Source: a virus. Taken from it: a stretch of 64,000 nucleotides of DNA. The notes under the pieces are model-generated. The model saw nothing but the letters and a program-made list of their open reading frames with translations. It was not told where the DNA came from and made no database searches. The translations under genes were made by a program, and so were the position numbers. This document shows positions 40,133-48,937 of this stretch, one piece after another (the first letter of the stretch is position 1; each line of letters starts with the position of its first letter). The stretch spans positions 12,565 to 76,564 of the IMG/VR virus record IMGVR_UViG_3300025853_000057; one strand, written 5' to 3'.

Positions 40133-40423
40133 TTATCCCATGTTTTTAATTACTGAAAGAAGCTTCTTAAGATTTTCAGATTTTTCTTCTTTAACCATAT
40201 CATCAGGAGGATTATCAGAAGCCATTGCAAAGGTTTCTACCTTTTTACCATCATACATGTAGTCTGAACCTCCTTCTTTAGGCATTTCTCTGACATCTTT
40301 AAATACTAAATAACCCCCATCTTTAAGCTCATAAGTGCAGATGTGAGTAACAGTATTACCTGTTTTTTCTGTTTTTTCTACTTTAGTTTTGTAGTAACAT
40401 TCGCTTATGTGTGACATAATCAA
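40133..40423 (-). CDS. hypothetical protein
   Basis: 96-aa coupled ORF. Confidence 0.6.
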   Translation of the reverse strand: MIMSHISECYYKTKVEKTEKTGNTVTHICTYELKDGGYLVFKDVREMPKEGGSDYMYDGKKVETFAMASDNPPDDMVKEEKSENLKKLLSVIKNMG

Positions 40424-40953
40424 TAATTTATTTCAAAATAATCAACTTCTATGTTATTCTTTAAGATATAACTTAGATGTCTGTCCAGTTTTCTAACTGG
40501 GTTAAACTTATATACGGATTTATTTTTAAAAGGTTGTTTTCTTTTGTCCCATACAAACTTATACAAATATCCTTTAGTGTGTTTGTTCAAATGGTACACT
40601 TTTCTTTTTTCTTCTTTAGCTTCAGGGTCAGATTGCCAAAGTTTTAAAGTATTAGCCCAGTCTATTCTTATATGACTCTTCCTAATGTCTAAATCTCCGT
40701 TAGGTTTAAACTTTACTTTAGGCTTGTATTTCTTTACAAAAATGCTGCCTATCTTAGGAAAACTTAATATGTAAGTGTTATAGAGTATACGTTCTGTAAG
40801 AGTCTCTATAACTCCTTTATTGTCTTTAGAGCTAAATAAAAATTTGACATAAGTTTTGTAATCTACAGGATTTTCAGTAGTACTCCTATAGTACTTATAA
40901 ATATCCTTAGTGATATAATCTTTTGGTATTTTAACTTTTCCTCTTTTGAACAT
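40420..40953 (-). CDS. basic IHF/HU-like protein of the crAss-like structural module
   Basis: Very basic; FPKIGSIFVKK, IDWANT, YHLNKHTKGY.YKF.W. Confidence 0.6.
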   Translation of the reverse strand: MFKRGKVKIPKDYITKDIYKYYRSTTENPVDYKTYVKFLFSSKDNKGVIETLTERILYNTYILSFPKIGSIFVKKYKPKVKFKPNGDLDIRKSHIRIDWANTLKLWQSDPEAKEEKRKVYHLNKHTKGYLYKFVWDKRKQPFKNKSVYKFNPVRKLDRHLSYILKNNIEVDYFEINY

Positions 40954-40963
40954 GTATTATAGT

Positions 40964-41677
40964 TTAAGCTTTACCTCCTGGAGGCATAGGGTCTATTCTA
41001 TTATCCTGAGCATCATTAGAATTATCTTCTGGAGTACTTAGTTTAATGTTTAAGTCAGTAGCTAATATATCTTTTTTACAGTAATCCCAAAGTCTCTCCT
41101 CTAAAGGAAACTGTGCATCAGGACTCCAACAAGGGTTATTATCACAAGATATGAATTTAGCTGCATCTCTAGGGTCTCTAAAGATGCCTCTAACTGTAAT
41201 CTTTTCAAGTAGGGGGTATTCTATTGTATTTTTAGAAATAAGATACAAATAGTCATTGTACAAAAACACTCCTACAGATTCTCTATCATATCTACCATTG
41301 CCAAAAAACTCTGCTCTTCTGTAGGGGATAACATTGAAAGGTAAATTAATAACTCCTACTGGAGACACTTTATCAATAAGCTCTCCATCAGATAGATTTA
41401 AGAAAGAAGGCAAGGGGTTTTCAGTTCTAAGAATAAGGCATCCTGTAGATACCTCACAACACTCTGCTTGGTCTACTAGTTTTACAGGTACACAACTAAG
41501 TGTTTGATAGTATAAATTAGGTATAGATTTATTAAATCTATTGTAGGTATTTTCAAACCACTTTACTCTCTTATTGATAATAAATTCATCAATAATACGA
41601 TAGTCTAGTTTGCTATCATCACTATATTGATTAATAAGCTCTAGTAGCTCAAATCTAAGCTCGTTTAATGTTTTCAT
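40964..41677 (-). CDS. tail ring/tubular protein
   Basis: TLNEL...SDDS N-terminus, YQTLSCVP..LVD..ECC, RGIFRDP. Confidence 0.65.
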   Translation of the reverse strand: MKTLNELRFELLELINQYSDDSKLDYRIIDEFIINKRVKWFENTYNRFNKSIPNLYYQTLSCVPVKLVDQAECCEVSTGCLILRTENPLPSFLNLSDGELIDKVSPVGVINLPFNVIPYRRAEFFGNGRYDRESVGVFLYNDYLYLISKNTIEYPLLEKITVRGIFRDPRDAAKFISCDNNPCWSPDAQFPLEERLWDYCKKDILATDLNIKLSTPEDNSNDAQDNRIDPMPPGGKA

Positions 41678-42834
41678 TATATATGTACTAATAAGTTAGC
41701 AGCTAATCCTTTTTCCTTGGTAAATATATAGCTTTCTGCTGTTTTAGGAACACCTAAGTAACCACACTCATGCTCCCATTTACCTGTATCAGATAAAGCT
41801 CTTAAAAAAGACACAGTACATCCTTTTAAGTCTAAGGATGTTCTATGTTGATAAGTTTCTTTATGATGTATATCTCCACAAAAATGATGGATATAATCTA
41901 TATCAGGCATCTGAAATTTATTCTCAATCATAATTACAGAAGGCAATTCTCTAATATAGTTTTTCTCCTTATCTCCATGGCTAAAGCCTAGTAGGTTAGA
42001 ACCATAGGTAATATACTTCCTAGACTTAGTAGTATCATCAACACATACAGCACCATTATTTTCATAGGTAGCTTTTAGCATCTGCCCTAAATAGAAAAGT
42101 TTATCTGCATCATGGTTGCTCATTACCATTACTACATGCACATTGCAGTACTTAGCTGCTTTATCTATACATCTTCTAATAGTATGGTAACCTTGAATAA
42201 AACTCTTTTTCCAAAAAGGATTAGAGTCTTGTGGAGTACCTTTTACTGTAGTATTACGACCATCATTAGCATTAAAGAAATCATTACCTACAGGAAATAT
42301 AAGCAGCTCAGGATTGTAAACTAAGCTTTGTGCTAACAGTTTATCAAAAGCATCTTCAAAAGTACTACAGTTATCTTCTACAGAACCTTTAGGATTAGTT
42401 TCATCTACCAATACTAACTTATCAATATGAGCATCATACAGGTTAATAACAGCTACACTATCTCCTTTGTTAGGCTTTATCTTAGGATTATGTGTAGGTA
42501 TTTCATAAGATGATACTACTTCTCTAAAATCTTCTAATAAGCTTTCTTTGTTGTTATACCACTGCTTCTTAGTATTTACGCTAAATCTCTTTTCTCCTTT
42601 AAAGTTTTGCCAGAATTTAACTGTATCAATATCATCTAGTTTAAGACCATTTTCTTTAATAAATGTTTTGAATTCAGATAGAGTTTCTTCTGCCTCATCT
42701 ACATTAATGGTTTTTGCTACTGCTTTTACCTCTTCTACTGTACAGTTATGCCTTTCTGCAAACCTTTTCCATTTACAGTTCTTTAAATAAGAAGGGTAAA
42801 GTTCTAGTAGAGTTTTAATTTTGTTCGAATCCAT
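41677..42834 (-). CDS. calcineurin-like metallophosphoesterase
   Basis: DAH, GNDFF, SNHD, SHGD, GDIHH motifs. Confidence 0.85.
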   Translation of the reverse strand: MDSNKIKTLLELYPSYLKNCKWKRFAERHNCTVEEVKAVAKTINVDEAEETLSEFKTFIKENGLKLDDIDTVKFWQNFKGEKRFSVNTKKQWYNNKESLLEDFREVVSSYEIPTHNPKIKPNKGDSVAVINLYDAHIDKLVLVDETNPKGSVEDNCSTFEDAFDKLLAQSLVYNPELLIFPVGNDFFNANDGRNTTVKGTPQDSNPFWKKSFIQGYHTIRRCIDKAAKYCNVHVVMVMSNHDADKLFYLGQMLKATYENNGAVCVDDTTKSRKYITYGSNLLGFSHGDKEKNYIRELPSVIMIENKFQMPDIDYIHHFCGDIHHKETYQHRTSLDLKGCTVSFLRALSDTGKWEHECGYLGVPKTAESYIFTKEKGLAANLLVHI

Positions 42835-42845
42835 TGTTAATATGT

Positions 42846-43274
42846 TTAGTTAACAGCTACAATAACAAGTGATGTGAGAGCTATTGTAGCTACAGCACCT
42901 CCTAAAAAAGAAAAAAACCTACTTCTTTTGTTCTTTTTTCGTAGGCTTTGGTTGTCTTCTTCAAGAAGTTCATTTACTTTAATACGTGTATCTAACTGTT
43001 TTGTTAGATTTTCATTCTGTTGTATTATATTGTCTAATACGTCTTGATACCTGTAGAAAGCTATATCACATAAAGTTAGGCTATATTCTAACGAATCTAT
43101 AATTATGTCTTTACTTTCTGAGTGTGCAAGCTCTCTATTTATCTCTTTAAGTTGAGGATAGGTAATAGCAACTATAGTATCTTCATTCAATAGAATCTCT
43201 CTTGGATAACCATTCTGTGAGAAACAGTAAAGACTCATTATTAGAAAGATTGTAAACAGAATCAGCTTTTTCAT
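42846..43274 (-). CDS. putative spanin component (N-terminal signal, coiled coil, C-terminal TM)
   Basis: Hydrophobic N- and C-termini; overlaps upstream ORF by 92 nt; in lysis cluster. Confidence 0.5.
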   Translation of the reverse strand: MKKLILFTIFLIMSLYCFSQNGYPREILLNEDTIVAITYPQLKEINRELAHSESKDIIIDSLEYSLTLCDIAFYRYQDVLDNIIQQNENLTKQLDTRIKVNELLEEDNQSLRKKNKRSRFFSFLGGAVATIALTSLVIVAVN

Positions 43275-43530
43275 TACTTTGTTGCTTTATAATTATGATA
43301 GACTCTCTAGTAGCTTTTAGCTTATTAAGAGTTTCAATTAAAGAGTCTCTTAAACTTATTTCTTGGCGTTTAAGCAGAAAATACTTTTTGTTTAATAGCT
43401 GAATAGAATCATTATAGGATTCTATGGTTTTTAAATTTTCAGTATTTCTACGTTCTAAGAAGTTAAGATAAAAGCTGATAGCAGCAGTAATTAACAAGAC
43501 CACTGCTATTTCTAAATGCTTTCTAGTCAT
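43183..43530 (-). CDS. putative inner-membrane spanin (Rz-like)
   Basis: N-terminal TM followed by a coiled coil; overlapped gene pair in lysis cluster. Confidence 0.5.
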   Translation of the reverse strand: MTRKHLEIAVVLLITAAISFYLNFLERRNTENLKTIESYNDSIQLLNKKYFLLKRQEISLRDSLIETLNKLKATRESIIIIKQQSNEKADSVYNLSNNESLLFLTEWLSKRDSIE

Positions 43531-43652
43531 CTGCCTTGACCTTTATATTTCTTAGGTCTTTCTTCTTTGGGCCCATATTTACGCTTAGGCTTGTTTACCT
43601 TTTTAGCACCAAAAGATACTTTTTGAGAATCATTTTTAGAATTTTTTGCCAT
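43527..43652 (-). CDS. 41-aa basic peptide ending KKYKGQGR (absent from the ORF track)
   Basis: MAKNSKNDSQKVSFGAKKVNKPKRKYGPKEERPKKYKGQGR*; A-rich start context; ATGA overlap with the next gene. Confidence 0.75.
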   Translation of the reverse strand: MAKNSKNDSQKVSFGAKKVNKPKRKYGPKEERPKKYKGQGR

Positions 43653-43673
43653 TGTTGTATTGTTTAGTTTAAC

Positions 43674-43681
43674 CAAATATA
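43674..43681 (-). promoter_or_regulatory. putative -7 promoter element TATATTTG
   Basis: Exact TAnnTTTG match 21 nt upstream of the 41-aa ORF. Confidence 0.4.
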
Positions 43682-43685
43682 CAAA

Positions 43686-44168
43686 CTAATCTTCTTTGAA
43701 GGACTTTACCTCTGTAAAGATTTTCTTTATACCTCTAATAAAAGCAAAAATTCTATCTGTAATACCTTTACCTGTGGCCCATTTAATCTTTTCATCTACA
43801 CTAGAATACTCTATAGAAACAAGTAGAAGACATGCTAGAGACGTTATTAAATGTTCTTTAGGAAAATACATCATTACTGTTTCATTTAAGACTAGAGAAT
43901 CTAAGATATAAGTAAACAAGAGGGCTATTGAATAAGCTATGATTTTATTAGTTAGTCCTATTCTAGTCTTTTTGCTAGTAATAAGCTCTCCTTTTTTCTT
44001 AGCATACCATCTGCCTACATAGGTATCAATAAGAGTAGCAAATATCACTACAATAATCAAAGGTACTAAAGGAGCAAAAAAACTTATTAGCATTGAAAAA
44101 AAGGATAGAATTGTTGTTTTTAAGTTAAAAGATTCCATTTTATTTATATTTATCTTTGAATTTTCCAA
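43686..44168 (-). CDS. holin
   Basis: Multiple TM segments, D...G pattern, E.SS.DE motif, next to endolysin. Confidence 0.7.
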   Translation of the reverse strand: MENSKININKMESFNLKTTILSFFSMLISFFAPLVPLIIVVIFATLIDTYVGRWYAKKKGELITSKKTRIGLTNKIIAYSIALLFTYILDSLVLNETVMMYFPKEHLITSLACLLLVSIEYSSVDEKIKWATGKGITDRIFAFIRGIKKIFTEVKSFKED

Positions 44169-44635
44169 GTTGCTTCTTTAGCTGCAATAGCCTCATAAGT
44201 TGCTAAATATAGGTCTTTATAAGCATCTTGACTTCGACCTACAAAGTTTTTACCTTTGGTTTTACCTGGTAGTAAACACCCGTGTGTATGAGTGTTTTTA
44301 TTACCAGGGTGTACCATAATCCATTTAAACCCTTCAACAGGGTCTAAACAAATACACCCTTTATTAAAGTGCCAAGGATATTTATTCTCATTCTGACCAT
44401 ACCTGCGATAGTGTTTTCCCTGCTTCCTATGCCAAGGATTATAGGTATAGGCAGGTATTGCAGTATTACCCCATATCTTTCCCTCTCCTTTATCATCAAA
44501 ATCACCATCACCATTCTTATCCATTAACTCCCTCACAGGGTCTTCCAAGATATAACATTGAAACACACCATCAATGTAGAGTTCACTGATGGTGCTTATT
44601 TCAGTTTTTTCAACTGCGTATTGTTCAATTTTCAT
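44150..44635 (-). CDS. endolysin, DUF5675-type (L,D-peptidase-like)
   Basis: TISELYIDG...CYILED, TAIPA, IMVHPGN...THGCLLPG. Confidence 0.75.
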   Translation of the reverse strand: MKIEQYAVEKTEISTISELYIDGVFQCYILEDPVRELMDKNGDGDFDDKGEGKIWGNTAIPAYTYNPWHRKQGKHYRRYGQNENKYPWHFNKGCICLDPVEGFKWIMVHPGNKNTHTHGCLLPGKTKGKNFVGRSQDAYKDLYLATYEAIAAKEATWKIQR

Positions 44636-44900
44636 CTTGAATTGGCTCTATTGGTTCAGGAGGTGCAGGAGCTACCCAAGGAATAAGGGGCAACTCTTTA
44701 ACCCATTCAAAGTCAGGGTTGACGCAGTTAGCCATTTCCTCTACTGAAATAATCCAGTTAGCAGGTTCATTCCCATCTAAGACAGGATTAAAGTAGCTGT
44801 TGGGTGCATATTGTTGTCCTACCAGTTGGTCTTTTTGTTCAGTGGTTAATAAACCAACCCATTTGTTTTCTTCTCCTTCTGGTATTTCATTCAGTTTCAT
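44625..44900 (-). CDS. small tail-fibre-associated protein
   Basis: 91 aa directly after the fibre gene; YFNP...WIIS.EE...WVK.LPLI. Confidence 0.5.
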   Translation of the reverse strand: MKLNEIPEGEENKWVGLLTTEQKDQLVGQQYAPNSYFNPVLDGNEPANWIISVEEMANCVNPDFEWVKELPLIPWVAPAPPEPIEPIQDEN

Positions 44901-44914
44901 AATCTTAATTTATT

Positions 44915-46576
44915 TTATACATTTCGATTAAGTGCAGTCATAAAGGCTTCAACGGTTGCCTTCAAGGCGTCTGCCTCTGTTTGGGTGCTAACTCCAGTTG
45001 TTATTAAGGCGTAGCCAAAAGCTAAGGGTTGGAAAGTATTTACACCTTGGCTATAACTTAAATAAGTCCTATGAGCCAATCCTGGAACTATTTGTGCGCT
45101 TGTGTTATATTGCTGATTGATGTCGCCATTTTGAGTGAATTTAACTCCCTTAGCATACAAATCCCAACCTCCACCTTGTGCAATAGATTTATATCTGGTC
45201 GTACCAAAGAACCCACCAGTTGAGGGAGGCACTAAGCTACCATCCGGTGTTGTAATTGCATAATAGTAGTCGCCGTGAACACCATAGGTTCTATTCTGTA
45301 TGTACTGGGTTGTAAGTTGATATGAATTAATTAAACCTCCCTCAAATCTCTGGTCGAAATAACCTCGATAAAGACTGTATTGAGTATAATTAGTCGGAGC
45401 AAGATTCTTGGTTTCGTAAACCCAGATTGAATTATTACGGTCATCAGGTAATTCATTCGGTGCAAAAAAATCAAAGTAGGCGTTAGTACCATTCCCCTCT
45501 GCTCCAATGGAGCTAAATATCATACCACCATAAAAGTTGATAGAGCTTGCAGGGTTTTGACCTTCAATACCTTGTTGAGCTGCATTTGTTCCAATAAAAG
45601 GAAGCAGCCTAACGCAACCCGTCCACCAGTCATAAGTGCTGTTGTTGGGGCCTTGTCCCTTAAGGTCTAAGAAATGGTTAGTGATAGCAGTTTTTTCTGA
45701 AGCACTCACGGTATAACCTGCCGAATCCAATGCGTCAATATACGCTTGGGCGTCTGCGTCTACTATTCTGCCCAGGGCTGTCATAAAGGCTTCAACGCAA
45801 GCCCTCAAAGCGGCTTCCTCGGTTGTGGTGCTTATTCCTGTTGTAACAAGGGCGTAGGCATGCTCGTTGGCTGAGTACCCATAAGGTTCAAGCGTTGCTC
45901 TGCTTGATGCAAGCCCATAAATATCAATGCCTGGATTCGTAAAAGTATCAAACTCCCTTTGGTATCTTGTGCCCCTTACATAAGCGTCAAAACCTATATT
46001 TTGAAATTTAGTAATACCCACAAAGTTGGCGCCGTTTGTTATAGTGCCTACTGCTGTCACTAATGTCTGCCCCGCAGCAGTCGCAAATAAGCGGTCACCA
46101 GAATATCGGCTTTGTATTCTTATAGGCTGATTTGCATCTGCGGAAAAATCCCACTTTGCCTCGACAATGTTTTTCCTTTTGTACACCCATGCGCTCCAAT
46201 CATTCACATCGGTAAGCTCGGAGGGATTGAAAAAAACATAATAGCCATTCGTGCCATTACCCTCTACTCCTGTGCTGTTGTGCGTTACACCGCCAGCAAA
46301 GGTAGTGCTATTTGCAGGTGATTCCGCTTTGATACCTTGCTGCGCTGCTGTCGTACCAATGAAAGGCAATAAGCGAACAATGCCAGTCCACCAGTCGTAG
46401 GTGCTGTTGTTTGGCCCTGTTCCTTTCAAATCTAAAAAATGGTCATTGATAGCCACTTCTTCCTCACTGCTAACTGTATACCCTGCTGCATCCAAAGCAT
46501 TAATATACGCCTGTGCGTCAGGGTCGTTACTACCTCCTGCTACAGCACTTAATATATTTCTATATCTACCAGGCAT
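44915..46576 (-). CDS. putative receptor-binding/tail fibre protein with two tandem homologous domains
   Basis: Two ~255-280-aa units, each D.DAQAYI.ALD.AGYTVS ... VEAFMTAL.R; visibly CpG/GC-richer than the flanks. Confidence 0.65.
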   Translation of the reverse strand: MPGRYRNILSAVAGGSNDPDAQAYINALDAAGYTVSSEEEVAINDHFLDLKGTGPNNSTYDWWTGIVRLLPFIGTTAAQQGIKAESPANSTTFAGGVTHNSTGVEGNGTNGYYVFFNPSELTDVNDWSAWVYKRKNIVEAKWDFSADANQPIRIQSRYSGDRLFATAAGQTLVTAVGTITNGANFVGITKFQNIGFDAYVRGTRYQREFDTFTNPGIDIYGLASSRATLEPYGYSANEHAYALVTTGISTTTEEAALRACVEAFMTALGRIVDADAQAYIDALDSAGYTVSASEKTAITNHFLDLKGQGPNNSTYDWWTGCVRLLPFIGTNAAQQGIEGQNPASSINFYGGMIFSSIGAEGNGTNAYFDFFAPNELPDDRNNSIWVYETKNLAPTNYTQYSLYRGYFDQRFEGGLINSYQLTTQYIQNRTYGVHGDYYYAITTPDGSLVPPSTGGFFGTTRYKSIAQGGGWDLYAKGVKFTQNGDINQQYNTSAQIVPGLAHRTYLSYSQGVNTFQPLAFGYALITTGVSTQTEADALKATVEAFMTALNRNV

Positions 46577-46580
46577 TTTA

Positions 46581-46934
46581 CTAGTTATTGAACCAATATT
46601 CTACTCTAGTACCTGAAGTCCATTCTGCATAAATTAAATTAAGACTTCCAGCAGTATAACTACCTGAGCCTATATTAACCCAGCCAGCAGGAAATGTAGG
46701 AGTAGTGCCATCATTATGATAAATCTTCTGTATTACTCCTATTCTAGCTCCAGTAAGGTCATCTGTAATATTTCCTGTTGCAGGAGAAGCTACTGTATTA
46801 TAAACAGCAGGAGCATCAAAAGCTATCTGAGTACCAGTTCTAGCTATTGTCTTTACTTCAAAGGTAGAAGTATCTATAGACTCTCCAGATTTATAAACAG
46901 AGGTTTGCTTATTTACATTTACATACTTAGCCAT
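46581..46934 (-). CDS. small virion/tail-associated protein
   Basis: 117 aa beta-rich; PTFPAGW, LNLIYAEW. Confidence 0.55.
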   Translation of the reverse strand: MAKYVNVNKQTSVYKSGESIDTSTFEVKTIARTGTQIAFDAPAVYNTVASPATGNITDDLTGARIGVIQKIYHNDGTTPTFPAGWVNIGSGSYTAGSLNLIYAEWTSGTRVEYWFNN

Positions 46935-46936
46935 AA

Positions 46937-47284
46937 TTACTTAAGATAAGTGATGAATAAAGTAGTGGTATTAGAAGACTCTTCAATTACTCTAAACTTT
47001 TGAATATTAGCTGCTTCAGTAATTACAAATTCATCATTGTCAAGTCTAGCAATACCTGTACCAGCAGCAGGAGTAGAGCCATCATAAGTATATCTAAGGA
47101 CTTTACCAGTACCATTAGAATCTACATAGATATGAACAGCAGTTGCCTGAGACTTAGTACCTGTAAGGTCAATAAACTTAACTGTATTGTTTACAGTAAT
47201 AGTGTCTGAGTCAAAAGCTTTTAGTCCATTTACAGTAGCTTCTTTAGTTTTAAAAGCATTTCTATTTAAAAATCCTTGTGCCAT
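46937..47284 (-). CDS. small virion structural protein
   Basis: 115 aa beta-rich; LRYTYDGSTPAAGTG motif. Confidence 0.55.
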   Translation of the reverse strand: MAQGFLNRNAFKTKEATVNGLKAFDSDTITVNNTVKFIDLTGTKSQATAVHIYVDSNGTGKVLRYTYDGSTPAAGTGIARLDNDEFVITEAANIQKFRVIEESSNTTTLFITYLK

Positions 47285-47295
47285 TTTAAATTATT

Positions 47296-47571
47296 TTAAC
47301 AATTACAATCTTCTGTTAATTCCATAGCATGATGAACAATGCTACAAATTTCTTGTTCAGTTAGACAATTTACATCATCTAGTGTTTGGTCTTGCTCTAG
47401 AGTAGTAACATAACAGTATAAAGACTTAATATACTCTCTAACTACCAACATTCTAACTTCAAGTTCAGGACACTTTCTTCCTAACTTATATTTGTCGGTA
47501 AGCTGTTGAGCTAAATCTGAGTACTTACATTGTAGGTACTGAATATACTTTATTCTACATTGTTCTGTCAT
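47296..47571 (-). CDS. Cys-rich small structural protein
   Basis: 91 aa; NCLTEQEIC, ends DCNC. Confidence 0.6.
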   Translation of the reverse strand: MTEQCRIKYIQYLQCKYSDLAQQLTDKYKLGRKCPELEVRMLVVREYIKSLYCYVTTLEQDQTLDDVNCLTEQEICSIVHHAMELTEDCNC

Positions 47572-47581
47572 TGGTAGATGG

Positions 47582-48256
47582 TTAAGACTTTCTTAGTATA
47601 TACTCTACAGTTAAATATTCAGCAGTTATTTCTCCTAAATTTTCAGAACCTAAAAATACATAAAAATCTGAATTATCAAAGTTGACAGGAGCTAACGCAG
47701 CTTTGTTTATGTTTTTAAGTAGGAACACGTTACCCTCAGAAGGAACATTATAGTAAGAGGTTCCAAATTCAGCAGTATCACTACTAAAGCATGAATAGCC
47801 TGTAACATTAAATGTAGTATCACTCTGTCTGTCAAAGAAAAGCTCTATATATAAATAAGCATCACTTCTAAGAGTTCCATCATAAACAGCTACAGGAGAA
47901 GAATTAGTCATAGCTACAGTAGTGTTTATGTAAACACCTAACTCTCCACTTCCTACTTGTCCTACTTCAGCTAATTTAAACATAGCTCTAATCTTAAGTC
48001 TATCTTCATTTTTAGTTATTTCTGAAGTATTAGATACAAGTACTCCTGGAGTATAAGTTCTTCTAGTACCTTCTACAGGTCCTATGCTGAAAGAAGTTAC
48101 AGTATCAATTACATTACCTGCATCAGCACCATCAGAACCATCAGCACCTGCTGGGCCTGTAGGCCCTTGGGGTCCTGTAGGTCCTGCAATAGAAGGGACT
48201 ACTATAGTAGAACAATCGTTGCAGTTACAGTTAGATATATTGGAGCAATTACACAT
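47582..48256 (-). CDS. short collagen-like fibre protein with Cys-rich N-terminus
   Basis: MCNCSNISNCNCNDC, then GPTGPQGPTGPAGADGSDGAD. Confidence 0.7.
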   Translation of the reverse strand: MCNCSNISNCNCNDCSTIVVPSIAGPTGPQGPTGPAGADGSDGADAGNVIDTVTSFSIGPVEGTRRTYTPGVLVSNTSEITKNEDRLKIRAMFKLAEVGQVGSGELGVYINTTVAMTNSSPVAVYDGTLRSDAYLYIELFFDRQSDTTFNVTGYSCFSSDTAEFGTSYYNVPSEGNVFLLKNINKAALAPVNFDNSDFYVFLGSENLGEITAEYLTVEYILRKS

Positions 48257-48273
48257 AGTTATATTCTATATCG

Positions 48274-48840
48274 TTAGCAGCAGCATTTTTGGATGCTACA
48301 TATTTTATTAACTTGGTTAAGTAAGTCAGTAGCTTGAGCTTCTTTGCCACAAGCAAATGCTGACTTAGCAGCATAAAGAAGGGCTTCAGCTTGCTTATAA
48401 TAATCCCAATAAGTAAGCCAATTACAGCCACACATTTCTTCTTTAAACTTGGTTTTCATTTTTTCTACACAGCAATCTGCTTTACATGTAGAAAACATTT
48501 TTACAGTTACTTCATGCTCTAAAGGTACAGATACATCTTCTACAAAATACTTAATACTATAAATACCATCGTTGAAAGTTATATCATCTATGGTATCTAT
48601 AATAAAAGAACCATTAACTATAGAAGCTCCTTGTACTGCTGCTGTAACATCATAGTTTACAGCAGTACCTGAAGGAGGAGTAATAGTTAATGTAGCTGTA
48701 TCTACATTAGCAAGAACCATATTAGGGCTTCCCCATCCAGTAGGATTGGTAGATACATTATAAGCTCCTGTGATGTCAGATACTTCTAACTTAGTACACT
48801 TTTCTTTAAAGCAAGCAGATATTTTTAACTCTAAGGCCAT
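48274..48840 (-). CDS. structural protein (beta-rich N-domain, Cys-rich C-terminus)
   Basis: DITGAY...NPTGWG, DGIYSIKY, CKADCC, ends KCCC. Confidence 0.65.
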   Translation of the reverse strand: MALELKISACFKEKCTKLEVSDITGAYNVSTNPTGWGSPNMVLANVDTATLTITPPSGTAVNYDVTAAVQGASIVNGSFIIDTIDDITFNDGIYSIKYFVEDVSVPLEHEVTVKMFSTCKADCCVEKMKTKFKEEMCGCNWLTYWDYYKQAEALLYAAKSAFACGKEAQATDLLNQVNKICSIQKCCC

Positions 48841-48887
48841 ACATAATCATATTACGAATTATCAATAAAATAGTTCCAATAACTACT

Positions 48888-48919
48888 AAAAAAGGGCAGC
48901 CCATTACAGGCTACCCTTT
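48888..48919 (-). terminator. intrinsic terminator after the 428-aa structural gene
   Basis: Minus strand AAAGGGTAGCC-loop-GGCTGCCCTTT followed by further Ts. Confidence 0.8.
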
Positions 48920-48937
48920 CCAGTAGCATTGCTATGA

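Noticed and set aside
44915-46576. Diversity-generating retroelement target (VR/TR pair)
   Set aside because: The two repeats are in-frame protein domains that differ at all base types; no reverse transcriptase in the window
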